From NCBI GenBank assembly GCA_035934555.1, contig DASYXT010000096.1, forward strand, positions 1 to 64,000: a DNA stretch of 64,000 nucleotides, in the 5' to 3' direction. The notes beneath the pieces were generated by a model. The model was not told the DNA's origin and did no database searches. It saw only the letters and a program-made list of their open reading frames with translations. This document shows positions 29,631 through 38,338 of this stretch, one piece after another. The first letter of the stretch is position 1; the number at the start of each line of letters is the position of its first letter. A program made the position numbers and the translations under genes. The DNA is from Verrucomicrobiia bacterium (lineage in GTDB: Bacteria; Verrucomicrobiota; Verrucomicrobiia; Limisphaerales; UBA8199).

Positions 29631-30598
29631 AGGAGAACTTAATACGTCCGACGAGGTTGCTTCTGCTGTTTGCATTGCTTACTGCGGTGATGGAATGCTG
29701 CCAATGGTGCCGAGCGGAATCGTTTGTGCTTGCGCCTACGCCGGGAACAACCTACCTCTCCAATGCGCTGCCTTTTCTGGTAAAGGATTCGGGCTACCCT
29801 TCGTTGCGGTACCAGCAGGTTTATAATTCCTCCCTATTCACAAATGTCGACCCGGCCTGCATTTACGTGACTACGATGACGTTCTACCTCGACTTCTACG
29901 GCCAGGGAGCCCAGTACTGGGTCGTCACCAATATGCAGATCAGTCTGTCCACCACCAGCAATCGTGCGGATCACTTGAGCCCGGTCTTCTCCGAAAACGT
30001 CGGTGCTGATGACACGGTAGTTTTCGGTCCTGGCTCATTCTACTTCCCAGGAGGCAGCGCAGGTGACAGCCAGGAGGTCCCGTTCACACGACCGTTTCGA
30101 TATGATCCTACCCACGGAAACCTGCTGCTTGATGTCCGGATTTTTGTAAGTATTGGGGCATTTGATTCTAGGTACCCCACTTTTGAGGCCTACAGCTCGA
30201 CAACCGACCAGTGCTCTCGTGTTTGGGCACCGGCTGTTAACTCGCTCATGGCCACCAACCTTGACAGCATAGGGTTGTTCACGACTATACAATTGAGCCC
30301 CATCCCATCGCTTACGGCCCAATTCTTCCCAGCGTACGGAAGCCTGTCTAACATCACGCAGATCACCTGGCCTCCGCAGCCGAGCGTTTTTCGACTGCAA
30401 AGAAGCGACCGGCTCGGGCTGGGAGCCAACTGGAGGTTTGTGACCAACGGCATTTCCGGCTCACTTATAACTGTAACCAACAGCTCTGCCGGCACCGCCG
30501 GCTTTTACCGGCTGATTTGGACGAATGGATATGGAGCCGCCGCTCGATGTGGTGGCCCTCCAGCCGCCACGTCGCCCCCACAACCTTTTCCAAGGTGA
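29627..30598 (+). CDS. Secreted hypothetical protein (323 aa)
   Basis: ATGA overlap with the upstream gene. Signal peptide MKENLIRPTRLLLLFALLTAVME. Ser/Thr/Gly-rich. I recognise no domain. Confidence 0.55.
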   Translation: MKENLIRPTRLLLLFALLTAVMECCQWCRAESFVLAPTPGTTYLSNALPFLVKDSGYPSLRYQQVYNSSLFTNVDPACIYVTTMTFYLDFYGQGAQYWVVTNMQISLSTTSNRADHLSPVFSENVGADDTVVFGPGSFYFPGGSAGDSQEVPFTRPFRYDPTHGNLLLDVRIFVSIGAFDSRYPTFEAYSSTTDQCSRVWAPAVNSLMATNLDSIGLFTTIQLSPIPSLTAQFFPAYGSLSNITQITWPPQPSVFRLQRSDRLGLGANWRFVTNGISGSLITVTNSSAGTAGFYRLIWTNGYGAAARCGGPPAATSPPQPFPR

Positions 30599-30602
30599 TT
30601 TC

Positions 30603-32162
30603 ATGTCTCTACTCGATGCACTTCTCCTGGATCCCGTTCGAACGAATATCTGGATTGCCGTTCGGACGGACGGGCGCGCTGGTTCAGGTACGCTTAATGA
30701 CCCTTATGACGGCAGCACGGCCACGAAGTTCGATGCCGTGATGAGTTCTTTGTCCCAATACACTCGAGTCCATTTAGGCCCGGGAACATTCCAGACCAAC
30801 GGGTACGCCGACGGAGTTGGCGGTGGATGGCAGCCGCCGATTGGAATGAAAATTGTTGGGTCAGGAATTGACGTCACGATTCTCCAGCTCGCCGGGTCAG
30901 CTTCTGCTGCGCATTTCTACGCAATAGGTCACGCTCTCACGACGGGCAGTTCTCCGAATTCAATCGACTTTTTCGAAGTGTCGGACCTCACGGTTGACTC
31001 CAATCTTGGAGCGTTTTCCGCAGGATCCGCTGCGGCCGGGGCGGTTAGGGTTATGGGAAATCACGCCAAGATACGGCGGATTCGGGTCAAGAATTGGGGG
31101 ACCAAGTCGACGAGCAGACCCTGCTTTGTGGCAGCGGTAATTACCGCGAACCCCGGTGTCACGGGCGGTTTGAATGGTGTTGAGGACTGCGGGATAGAAG
31201 GGTGCATCGCGGATACACCCTACAGTATCAGCAACACTGGACCCGTAACGATTTTCCATGCGGGCGGCATCGAGACTGCCAGCGAGAATGTGACCGGTTA
31301 TGGGGTCGCCCCCTACATACGCAATTGCTTCGCCGACGCTGGTCAAACGCCGCCCTCGGCCGTGATCGAGATACAGGGCCTTTCGATTGCCTGGTGCAAG
31401 GCCGGAATCGTCGAGGGTAACCAGATGCACAACATGACCTATGGGGGTCCCTTCCAACAGACAACGAGTGCCCAAGATATTATCGCCCGAAACAACTGGT
31501 GCAGGAACGTCAATAAAGGCGTCGTGCTTGGGAGCATGGGAGCTTCGCGCGGATCCGGCGCACTTAGCGTTACGGCTGGAGTTGCGACTGTAGGCCTCAC
31601 TAACAGCCAACTGGCGGTCGGTGACATCGTTGTACTGAGCTCGTCATCGGGCGGTGGCATCTTCAATGGGATAGTCGTTACCGTTGCAAGTGTGAACTCG
31701 AGTCAGTTTACATTCAACACTACCCTCTCTGGAGCTGATACAGTCACCGTGTACAAGGTCTTTGGCGTGACTGAAAGCGTCCTCATTGAAGGAAACACGG
31801 TTGAGCTCGCAACTGCAACAACTGGCGTACTCATAGGGATCCATAACCAGGATTTCGCAGCAACTGGGGTTCTCCAAGGCACACCACCTGCCTACGTGTT
31901 CCAAGATGTCATTGTTCGCGATAACAAAGTGCGGTACTTGGACGGCACGCCGCCTGCGCCTGGATACGTGGGCTACGGCATCCAGGTAAATAGTGCGGCG
32001 AACCTGATCGTTCGGAACAATGTCGTTGATTCGGAGCCGGCGAACCCGATCCGCAATAACAGGTGCGGGTCGGTTACGTACTTCAATGATTTAACCTCAA
32101 ACGGAACTTTGATTCAGGGATTTAACGCCGATACCAATACTATTGAGTGCCGTATAATATAG
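30603..32162 (+). CDS. Right-handed beta-helix protein, paralog of 26916-29630 (519 aa)
   Basis: Paralogy as described for 26916-29630. The last codons and the TAG stop (…ECRII*) lie inside or at the left terminal repeat of the IS630 element. Confidence 0.6.
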   Translation: MSLLDALLLDPVRTNIWIAVRTDGRAGSGTLNDPYDGSTATKFDAVMSSLSQYTRVHLGPGTFQTNGYADGVGGGWQPPIGMKIVGSGIDVTILQLAGSASAAHFYAIGHALTTGSSPNSIDFFEVSDLTVDSNLGAFSAGSAAAGAVRVMGNHAKIRRIRVKNWGTKSTSRPCFVAAVITANPGVTGGLNGVEDCGIEGCIADTPYSISNTGPVTIFHAGGIETASENVTGYGVAPYIRNCFADAGQTPPSAVIEIQGLSIAWCKAGIVEGNQMHNMTYGGPFQQTTSAQDIIARNNWCRNVNKGVVLGSMGASRGSGALSVTAGVATVGLTNSQLAVGDIVVLSSSSGGGIFNGIVVTVASVNSSQFTFNTTLSGADTVTVYKVFGVTESVLIEGNTVELATATTGVLIGIHNQDFAATGVLQGTPPAYVFQDVIVRDNKVRYLDGTPPAPGYVGYGIQVNSAANLIVRNNVVDSEPANPIRNNRCGSVTYFNDLTSNGTLIQGFNADTNTIECRII

Positions 32163-32190
32163 TGACACACTGTGGGTTTGGTGCTAGTCT

Positions 32191-32700
32191 TTGGGCATGG
32201 GCAACCCAAAAGGCGTAAAACGCGATTTCGACAGCTTGGAACGGCGGCGACTCAAGGCTGCCAGCCTCTTTGACCGGGGCCTCAGTCAGGGGGAGGTGTC
32301 CCGACAACTTGGGGTTCACCGCCAATCGGTCAGTCGATGGCACCAAGCGTGGAGAAAGCAAGGCACCAAAGCGCTCTTTAAGGCTGGCCGGGCCGGTCGC
32401 AAAGCGCGGTTGCAGCCCTCTCAACTGGAGCAATTGAGTTGTGGATTGAAAGAAGGCCCCGAGGTCTTGGGCTATGGCACCAGCCTGTGGACGGCCTGGC
32501 GCGTGGCTGACCTGATCGAACGACAAACGGGGCAGAAGTTTCATCCCGGACATGTGTGGCGAATTCTGCGCTCTTTGGGTTGGAGTTGCCAACGCCCTGT
32601 CGGCCGGGCCACGCAGCGCGACGAGCCGGCTATCCGCCGGTGGAAACGGGTCCGCTGGCCGGAACTAAAAAAAAAGCCCGGCAAGAGCGGCGCACGATAG
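32191..32700 (+). CDS. IS630 transposase OrfA (HTH DNA-binding part)
   Basis: LSQGEVSRQLGVHRQSVSRW helix-turn-helix. Ends just after the AAAAAAAAAG run at ~32666-32675. Confidence 0.8.
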   Translation: MGMGNPKGVKRDFDSLERRRLKAASLFDRGLSQGEVSRQLGVHRQSVSRWHQAWRKQGTKALFKAGRAGRKARLQPSQLEQLSCGLKEGPEVLGYGTSLWTAWRVADLIERQTGQKFHPGHVWRILRSLGWSCQRPVGRATQRDEPAIRRWKRVRWPELKKKPGKSGAR

Positions 32701-33206
32701 TGTTTGTGGACGAGAGCGGCTTGAGCGAACGGCCGCACCGCGTTCGCACCTGGGCTCCTCGCGGCCAGACTCCGGTATTGCAGTATTCATTCAATTGGAA
32801 GTGCCTTTCGGCCATCGCCGGAATCACCATCTGGAGCTTCTATTTCCGCCTGTTTCCGGGAAGCATCAAAGCGCCTCAACTGATCGAGTTCTTGGAACAC
32901 CTCCAGCGACATATTAGCTCCAAGCTGCTGGTCATTTGGGATGGGCTGCCAGCGCATCGTAGCCGGGCGGTACGTGAATTTGTGGCCGGCTTGGATGGTC
33001 AAGTCCACCTGGAGTATCTTCCCGCCTACGCTCCGGAACTCAATCCGGTGGAATACATCTGGGGTTATTGCAAACAGCATGAGCTGCCCAATCTCTGCCC
33101 AAAGGACTTCGCTCAATTGACAGGTGCCGCCCGCAGAGCACTGGGCCGGATGCGCCGCCGCCCCACTCTGGTGGAGTCCTTCTGGAAACAGGCGGAACTT
33201 TTCTGA
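32556..33206 (+). CDS. IS630 transposase OrfB (DDE catalytic part), expressed by programmed frameshift from OrfA
   Basis: DDE triad context VFVDESG … IWDGLPAHRS … ELNPVEYIW, the IS630/Tc1 signature. Confidence 0.8.
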   Translation: MANSALFGLELPTPCRPGHAARRAGYPPVETGPLAGTKKKARQERRTIVFVDESGLSERPHRVRTWAPRGQTPVLQYSFNWKCLSAIAGITIWSFYFRLFPGSIKAPQLIEFLEHLQRHISSKLLVIWDGLPAHRSRAVREFVAGLDGQVHLEYLPAYAPELNPVEYIWGYCKQHELPNLCPKDFAQLTGAARRALGRMRRRPTLVESFWKQAELF

Positions 33207-33328
33207 GCCAAATGTCACTATATTATGCGGACATCAGTAGCTATGACGAGCTCTCAACCGAAGCTGACGATGCTCTGCTCATGGGATTTTTCAACCGAAA
33301 GTGAACATCAAAAAACCAAGGAATCAAA

Positions 33329-33658
33329 ATGGCTATACAAGTATTATCCCTGGGAAGTGGGCAATTGAGCACAACCTCCCAGAGCAACCTGTACACGTCA
33401 CCAACATCGCCATCGCTGACAACCGTGGTGAAGAACATTAGCCTAGTAAACGTGAGTAGCTCGCCTGTGACCGTCAACCTTTACTTCAAGCCGAACGGTG
33501 GCTCGGTCCGCCGAATCGCGCCGCAGAACATGAGTTTAGCGGCAGGTGCACTCGCGATTGAGGACCAGGAGGTGACGATGGGCGCCGGGGATCAGATTCT
33601 CGGCGACGCAAGTGCAGTTAGCGCGGTCGATTGGGTCATGAGTGGTATTCAGAGGTGA
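33329..33658 (+). CDS. Hypothetical Ser/Thr-rich small protein (109 aa)
   Basis: ORF with reasonable codon usage, immediately upstream of and coupled to the Gly-rich gene. No recognisable domain. Confidence 0.4.
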   Translation: MAIQVLSLGSGQLSTTSQSNLYTSPTSPSLTTVVKNISLVNVSSSPVTVNLYFKPNGGSVRRIAPQNMSLAAGALAIEDQEVTMGAGDQILGDASAVSAVDWVMSGIQR

Positions 33659-33665
33659 GGTCGTC

Positions 33666-34637
33666 ATGAGAACCACAGACACGCAGGGAAGGACGATTAT
33701 TCTGGAGCGCAGTTTCCTCGAGACGGGGATGTTCGGGGACGGGTCGGATGGCGGGGCCACATTCGACGGAACCGCGACGTTCTCCTTCGCCAGTAAGAAC
33801 GGGTCGGTCTATACCCTTACTCGGTCAATTTTTTGCGGCAGCATAACCGTGAACAGCGGTGTCACTATCCAGACGGCAGGGTTTAAGATCTTTTGCACTG
33901 GGACCCTAACAAATAAGGGGACGATCACGAATGCGGGAGCAACCGGCGGTTCCGGGGTCGGCTCAAGCAGCGGCTCGGGTGGGTCGGCGGTTGCGGCCGC
34001 CGAACTAGGCGGGTCGGTGGGGGGAGGGGCCGGAGCGCCCGGCGGCAGCAGCAGCGTGGCGCCGGCTCAGAACGGGTCCTCGGTTTCGGTGGCCATGGGA
34101 GCGGGCGGCGGGGGAGGAGGGTCGGGTGGCTCGGCTACTGGAGGTGCTGGTGGAAACCCAGGCAGTGGCGGAGCGATCACCAGCAGCCGGCCCCTAAGAG
34201 CTCTGAACCACCACTTAATATCCGGTGTAACCCTCATTTCCGGTGGCGCAGGCGGAGGCGGTGGGGGCGGCGGCAACAACGGAAGCTATCCGGGCGGTGG
34301 AGGTGGTGGGGGAGGAAGCGGCGGAGGTGTGCTAATGATTTTTGCCGCAACCTTGGACAATTCGAGCGGAACGATCACCGCAGCCGGCGGAACTGGAGGG
34401 AGCGGGGCCCAGGGCACGCCCTCTGACAGCGGTACAGGAGGGGGCGGGGGTGGTGGCGGCGGAGGCGTGGTTTACCTCGTGTATAATAGCCTCGTCCCAG
34501 GCGGGCTAAACATTGCTGGCGGCTCTGGCGGCGCTGGCGGCAGCCCCAGCGGCGGAGGTAGCGCCGGCTATGCGGGGTCCCCCGGCGGTTCGGGCACGCT
34601 CCTAAAGTACAACGCGACCCGGAAGCAGTGGGAGTAG
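33666..34637 (+). CDS. Glycine-rich, fibre-like hypothetical protein
   Basis: Good RBS (GGTGAGG). An N-terminal ~100-aa globular part, then long poly-Gly/GGxGG tracts (GGGGGGSGGSATGGAGGNPGSGG…GGGGGGGGGGVVYLVYN), reminiscent of phage tail-fibre or Gly-rich adhesin domains. Confidence 0.5.
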   Translation: MRTTDTQGRTIILERSFLETGMFGDGSDGGATFDGTATFSFASKNGSVYTLTRSIFCGSITVNSGVTIQTAGFKIFCTGTLTNKGTITNAGATGGSGVGSSSGSGGSAVAAAELGGSVGGGAGAPGGSSSVAPAQNGSSVSVAMGAGGGGGGSGGSATGGAGGNPGSGGAITSSRPLRALNHHLISGVTLISGGAGGGGGGGGNNGSYPGGGGGGGGSGGGVLMIFAATLDNSSGTITAAGGTGGSGAQGTPSDSGTGGGGGGGGGGVVYLVYNSLVPGGLNIAGGSGGAGGSPSGGGSAGYAGSPGGSGTLLKYNATRKQWE

Positions 34638-34706
34638 CGCGCTTGAGCAAGGGCCAGAACCGCCTTTGCCTCGCGCCACAGGGCCGCTGAAGCCGAGGCC
34701 AGGCGC

Positions 34707-35939
34707 ATGCCATTGAGTTCAATCTCACCGGAACCAGCAGAAAGCATCCTCAACACCGGAGGGCTCTGTCTGGTGATGGTCGTACGGAACGATGCCCAGG
34801 TGATCACACGCTGTCTGGATTCGGTCAGGCCGATTATCTCCACCTGGGTCATTTGCGATGCTGGATCGACCGACGGCACGCAGGACAAAATCAGAGACAG
34901 TCTGGACGGCATACCGGGAGAACTGCACGTAGTCCCTCGGGTGAACCTCGGACACAACCGCGCGGAAGCCCTGAGGCTTGCATCGGGAAAGGCATCCTAT
35001 CACCTCCTGCTGGATTCAGACATGGCGGTGAACGTGTGCAGTCCACTCGAACACGCCCTCTCGGCGGACTCTTACTTGTTGCGGCAGCAAGGGGACCTGG
35101 AATGCTGGCTCGAATGTCTCCTGAGCGACCGGCATCAATGGCGCTGCGCAGGTTCGGCGCGCCCCTTTTTCCATTCGCGCACAGCCTCTACTCGCCACAA
35201 GCTCGGCAATTTTAGCATCGTTCGCCATCGGGACGCCCCGCGCACTCCCCCGGAAATCCACTGCGAAGTCGAAGCGCTCAAGAGCGAACTTCAACGCGGC
35301 GCGAATGTCGCCCGCTGCACTTTCTATCTGGCCGAATGCTACCGGGAACTCGGAAATCTGCCCCTGGCCATTGAGTATTACGAAACCAGGTCCAAGATGG
35401 CCGGCTGGGAGGAGGAGATATGGTATTCAATTTATCAGGTCGCTCGGTTGCAGCAGCGCCTTGGTATTGCGTGGGTGCTGGTGCTCGATCAATATCTCCG
35501 CGCCTACCAGTTCCGCCCGACAAGAGCAGAACCGCTGTTTCACGTCGCACGCTTCTATCGCCAGAACGCTCAGTATGCGCTGGCGCACATGTTTTCCACA
35601 GCCGGACTCCGCATCCCGCTTCCCGACGACCTTCTGTTTATCGACCGATCGGTCTATGAGTATGGCATGGAATTCGAGCATTGTCTTTCGTGTCAACAGC
35701 TCGGAAAGCAAAAGGAAGCGGCTCACTCCGCCGAACAAATCCTGTCATGCCCCGGCATTCCAGAGGACGTCCGGGTCGCCGCTCAACAGTGCCTCGATCC
35801 GCCTCTCCGGACGCAAGCACTTCTAAATCACCCGCCCAACGGCGCCTCCCGCGAGAGCAGCCGCACCCATCCAAACGGATTCCCGGTCGAGCGCCGTGCC
35901 GCATGTCCACCGATACCTCAAACCCGCCAACCAAGCTGA
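34707..35939 (+). CDS. Family-2 glycosyltransferase with a C-terminal TPR region
   Basis: GT2 DxGSTDGT motif (ICDAGSTDGTQDKI) and a DSD motif (LLLDSDM), followed by TPR-like repeats (FYLAECYRELGNLPLAIEYYETRSKM…). Confidence 0.7.
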   Translation: MPLSSISPEPAESILNTGGLCLVMVVRNDAQVITRCLDSVRPIISTWVICDAGSTDGTQDKIRDSLDGIPGELHVVPRVNLGHNRAEALRLASGKASYHLLLDSDMAVNVCSPLEHALSADSYLLRQQGDLECWLECLLSDRHQWRCAGSARPFFHSRTASTRHKLGNFSIVRHRDAPRTPPEIHCEVEALKSELQRGANVARCTFYLAECYRELGNLPLAIEYYETRSKMAGWEEEIWYSIYQVARLQQRLGIAWVLVLDQYLRAYQFRPTRAEPLFHVARFYRQNAQYALAHMFSTAGLRIPLPDDLLFIDRSVYEYGMEFEHCLSCQQLGKQKEAAHSAEQILSCPGIPEDVRVAAQQCLDPPLRTQALLNHPPNGASRESSRTHPNGFPVERRAACPPIPQTRQPS

Positions 35940-36937
35940 TCCTGAGGAACTGGCTGTCCCCCGGCGACATTATCATGCTCACCGCAGCCGTTCGGGACCT
36001 CCACCGTTGCTACCCGGGGCGCTTCCTGACCGATGTCAAAACACCAAGCCCTCAGCTTTGGGAGAACAATCCCTACCTCACGCCTTTGGACGAGAAAGAC
36101 CCGGAGGTCCGCCTCATCGATTGCGAATACCCGTTGATTCACCAGAGCAACCAGAGGCCCTATCACTTCATTCATGCATTCATCGGCTTTTTGAATGAAA
36201 CTCTGGACCTCGACATTCAGGCCACCGATTTCAGCGGCGACATTCACCTGAGCAGTGAAGAGAAAACCTGGCCATCTCAGGTCCATGAAATCTGCGGCGA
36301 TGATCGGCCATTTTGGCTGCTCACCGCCGGCGGCAAGGACGACTTCACCATCAAATGGTGGGACCCGCACCGCTACCAGGAGGTCATCGATCATTTCAGA
36401 GACAGAATCCTCTTCGTGCAGGTCGGTCTCTCCGAGCACCACCACCCACCGCTCGACGGCGTCATCGACCTCCGCGGCTGCACCGACCTGCGCCACCTAG
36501 TTCGCCTGGTTTATCACGCTCAAGGTGTGCTCTGCCCCGTGACCTCGCTCATGCACCTGGCCGCAGCGGTCCCGACGAAACCCGCCGCGCCGCCCAGAAG
36601 GCCCTGCGTCGTTGTGGCCGGCGGCAGAGAGCCAGCCCATTGGGAAGCCTACCCCGGCCACCAGTTCATTCACACAATCGGCGCGTTACCCTGTTGCCAA
36701 ACCGGCGGCTGCTGGAAATCGCGAGCCGTGCCCCTGGGCGACGGCGACCTCAAAGACCGCCCGCAGGACCTCTGCGTCAATGTTGTAGGGAACCTGCCCA
36801 AGTGCATGGACATGATCACCGCTGACGAAGTCATTCGGCGCATCGAACTCTACTTCACCGGAGAAGCCGTCTCCTATCTCGCCCCCGACTGCCCGCCCAT
36901 CCCCGAGCATTTCCGCCACGGCATCGCGTCCTGCTAG
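35903..36937 (+). CDS. GT9 (heptosyltransferase-like) glycosyltransferase with a C-terminal Cys cluster
   Basis: GT9 N-terminus ILRNWLSPGDIIMLTAAVRDL and a TAGGKDDFTIKWWDPHRYQEVI block. C-terminus PCCQTGGCW…DLCVNVVGNLPKCMD. Overlaps the GT2 gene by 37 nt. Confidence 0.7.
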   Translation: MSTDTSNPPTKLILRNWLSPGDIIMLTAAVRDLHRCYPGRFLTDVKTPSPQLWENNPYLTPLDEKDPEVRLIDCEYPLIHQSNQRPYHFIHAFIGFLNETLDLDIQATDFSGDIHLSSEEKTWPSQVHEICGDDRPFWLLTAGGKDDFTIKWWDPHRYQEVIDHFRDRILFVQVGLSEHHHPPLDGVIDLRGCTDLRHLVRLVYHAQGVLCPVTSLMHLAAAVPTKPAAPPRRPCVVVAGGREPAHWEAYPGHQFIHTIGALPCCQTGGCWKSRAVPLGDGDLKDRPQDLCVNVVGNLPKCMDMITADEVIRRIELYFTGEAVSYLAPDCPPIPEHFRHGIASC

Positions 36938-36950
36938 AGCGGAGGACCGA

Positions 36951-37000
36951 ACAGTCCGGGACAGTCCGAGTTGATCCGAGTTAATCCGAGTTGAAAATCC
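36951..37000. repeat. Five tandem 10-bp units (acagtccggg, acagtccgag, ttgatccgag, ttaatccgag, ttgaaaatcc)
   Basis: Direct tandem repeat with 10-bp (one helical turn) periodicity in the GT9 to Gfo/Idh/MocA intergenic region. A related ATCCGAGT motif recurs at 42751-42778. Confidence 0.6.
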
Positions 37001-37160
37001 AGAAATGACCAATCCTAACCGATCCACTCGAGTTTCGTGCGCATTTCGAGCTTGCCAGGCGGCCCGGCGCACCCTTCCAATCTGCTCGAGCATTTTCAAG
37101 CACGGGGCGACTCGGCCACTCGCGCGCGCCGGAACTCGGGCAAGACAGTTTTCGCAAACT

Positions 37161-38321
37161 ATGAAACAACTCAGAATCGGTCTCGTCGGATACGGCTTCA
37201 TGGGACGCGCTCACTCGAACGCGTTTCGCAAAGCGCCAAACTTTTTCGATCTCCCCTATGAGCCCGTCCTGCAAGCCGTCTGTGGGCGTGACGACGCCAA
37301 GGTCCGGACCTTCGCCCGGAAGTGGGGGTACCAGGATGTGGAAACTGATTGGCGCCAACTCGTCCGCCGCAAGGACATTGACCTGATTGATATCGCCTGC
37401 CCCAATGATGTCCATAAGGACATCGCGCTCGCCGCCGCCAAAGCGGGCAAAATGATTCTGTGTGAGAAACCGCTCGCCCGCGACGCCGCTGAAGGGCGCG
37501 AAATGGTCAAAGCCGTCGAGAAAGCCGGCGTGCCGAACATGGTCTGGTACAATTACCGCCGCATCCCCGCTGTTACGCTGGCCAAACAACTCATCGATGA
37601 GGGCAAGCTCGGGCGCATCTTCCATTACCGCGCAAAGTTCCTCCAGGATTGGACCATTTCCAAAGACCTGCCGCAGGGTGGCGCGGGTTTGTGGCGCCTC
37701 GATGCCAAGGTAGCCGGCAGCGGCGTCACCGGCGACTTGCTCGCGCATTGCATTGATACGGCGCTCTGGCTTAACGGCCCGATGCAACGGGTCACGGCCA
37801 TGACCGAAACCTTTATTAAACAGCGCAAGCATACTCTGACAGGTAAAGTGGAGAAAGTTGGCATCGACGACGCCTGCGCGTTCCTGGCCCGGTTCGAGAA
37901 CGGGTCGCTGGCGACCTTCGAATCGACCCGCTACGCCCGCGGGCATAAAGCGCTCTACACCTTCGAAATCAACGGCGAACATGCCTCGATTTTCTGGGAC
38001 CTGCACGACCTGCACCGGCTGCAGTTTTTCGATCACCGCGACGAGGGACGGCTGCGCGGGTGGCGCTCGATTCATGTTTCCGATGGCGACCATCCCTATA
38101 TGAGCCACTGGTGGGTGCCGGGCCTGCAGATCGGTTACGAACACAGCTTCGTGCACCAATTCGCCGACTTCCTGACGGCTTTGGACAAGGGCCAGCCCGC
38201 TTCCCCCACCTTTCGAGAAGCACTGGAGACCCAATACGTTTGCGACGCCGTGCTTAAATCAGCCAGGACTGGCCGTTGGGAAAAGATGACGAAAGCGTTC
38301 CAGCTTGCGCCGCCCAAATAG
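37161..38321 (+). CDS. Gfo/Idh/MocA-family NAD(P)-dependent oxidoreductase
   Basis: Rossmann start [22 protein letters not shown], and EKP motif ILCEKPLA. Confidence 0.85.
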   Translation: MKQLRIGLVGYGFMGRAHSNAFRKAPNFFDLPYEPVLQAVCGRDDAKVRTFARKWGYQDVETDWRQLVRRKDIDLIDIACPNDVHKDIALAAAKAGKMILCEKPLARDAAEGREMVKAVEKAGVPNMVWYNYRRIPAVTLAKQLIDEGKLGRIFHYRAKFLQDWTISKDLPQGGAGLWRLDAKVAGSGVTGDLLAHCIDTALWLNGPMQRVTAMTETFIKQRKHTLTGKVEKVGIDDACAFLARFENGSLATFESTRYARGHKALYTFEINGEHASIFWDLHDLHRLQFFDHRDEGRLRGWRSIHVSDGDHPYMSHWWVPGLQIGYEHSFVHQFADFLTALDKGQPASPTFREALETQYVCDAVLKSARTGRWEKMTKAFQLAPPK

Positions 38322-38338
38322 AGCGCGTATGTATCGGC

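Larger units (their letters stand above)
32155..33226 (+). mobile_element. IS630-family insertion sequence (~1.07 kb)
   Basis: Terminal inverted repeats ATAATATAGTGACA at the left end and TGTCACTATATTAT at the right end, flanked by TA. Two overlapping transposase ORFs joined at an A9G slippery run. Confidence 0.8.

Noticed and set aside
26916-34637. Prophage call for the tailspike-like beta-helix paralogs plus Gly-rich fibre gene
   Set aside because: No capsid, terminase, portal, integrase or tail-tube/baseplate genes appear in the window. The only mobile gene is an IS630 transposase. I keep the tailspike likeness as a hypothesis about fold only, not a prophage annotation.
36981-38234. 417-aa minus-strand ORF antisense to the Gfo/Idh/MocA oxidoreductase
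   Set aside because: Shadow ORF. The plus-strand gene has a canonical Rossmann N-terminus and family motifs.
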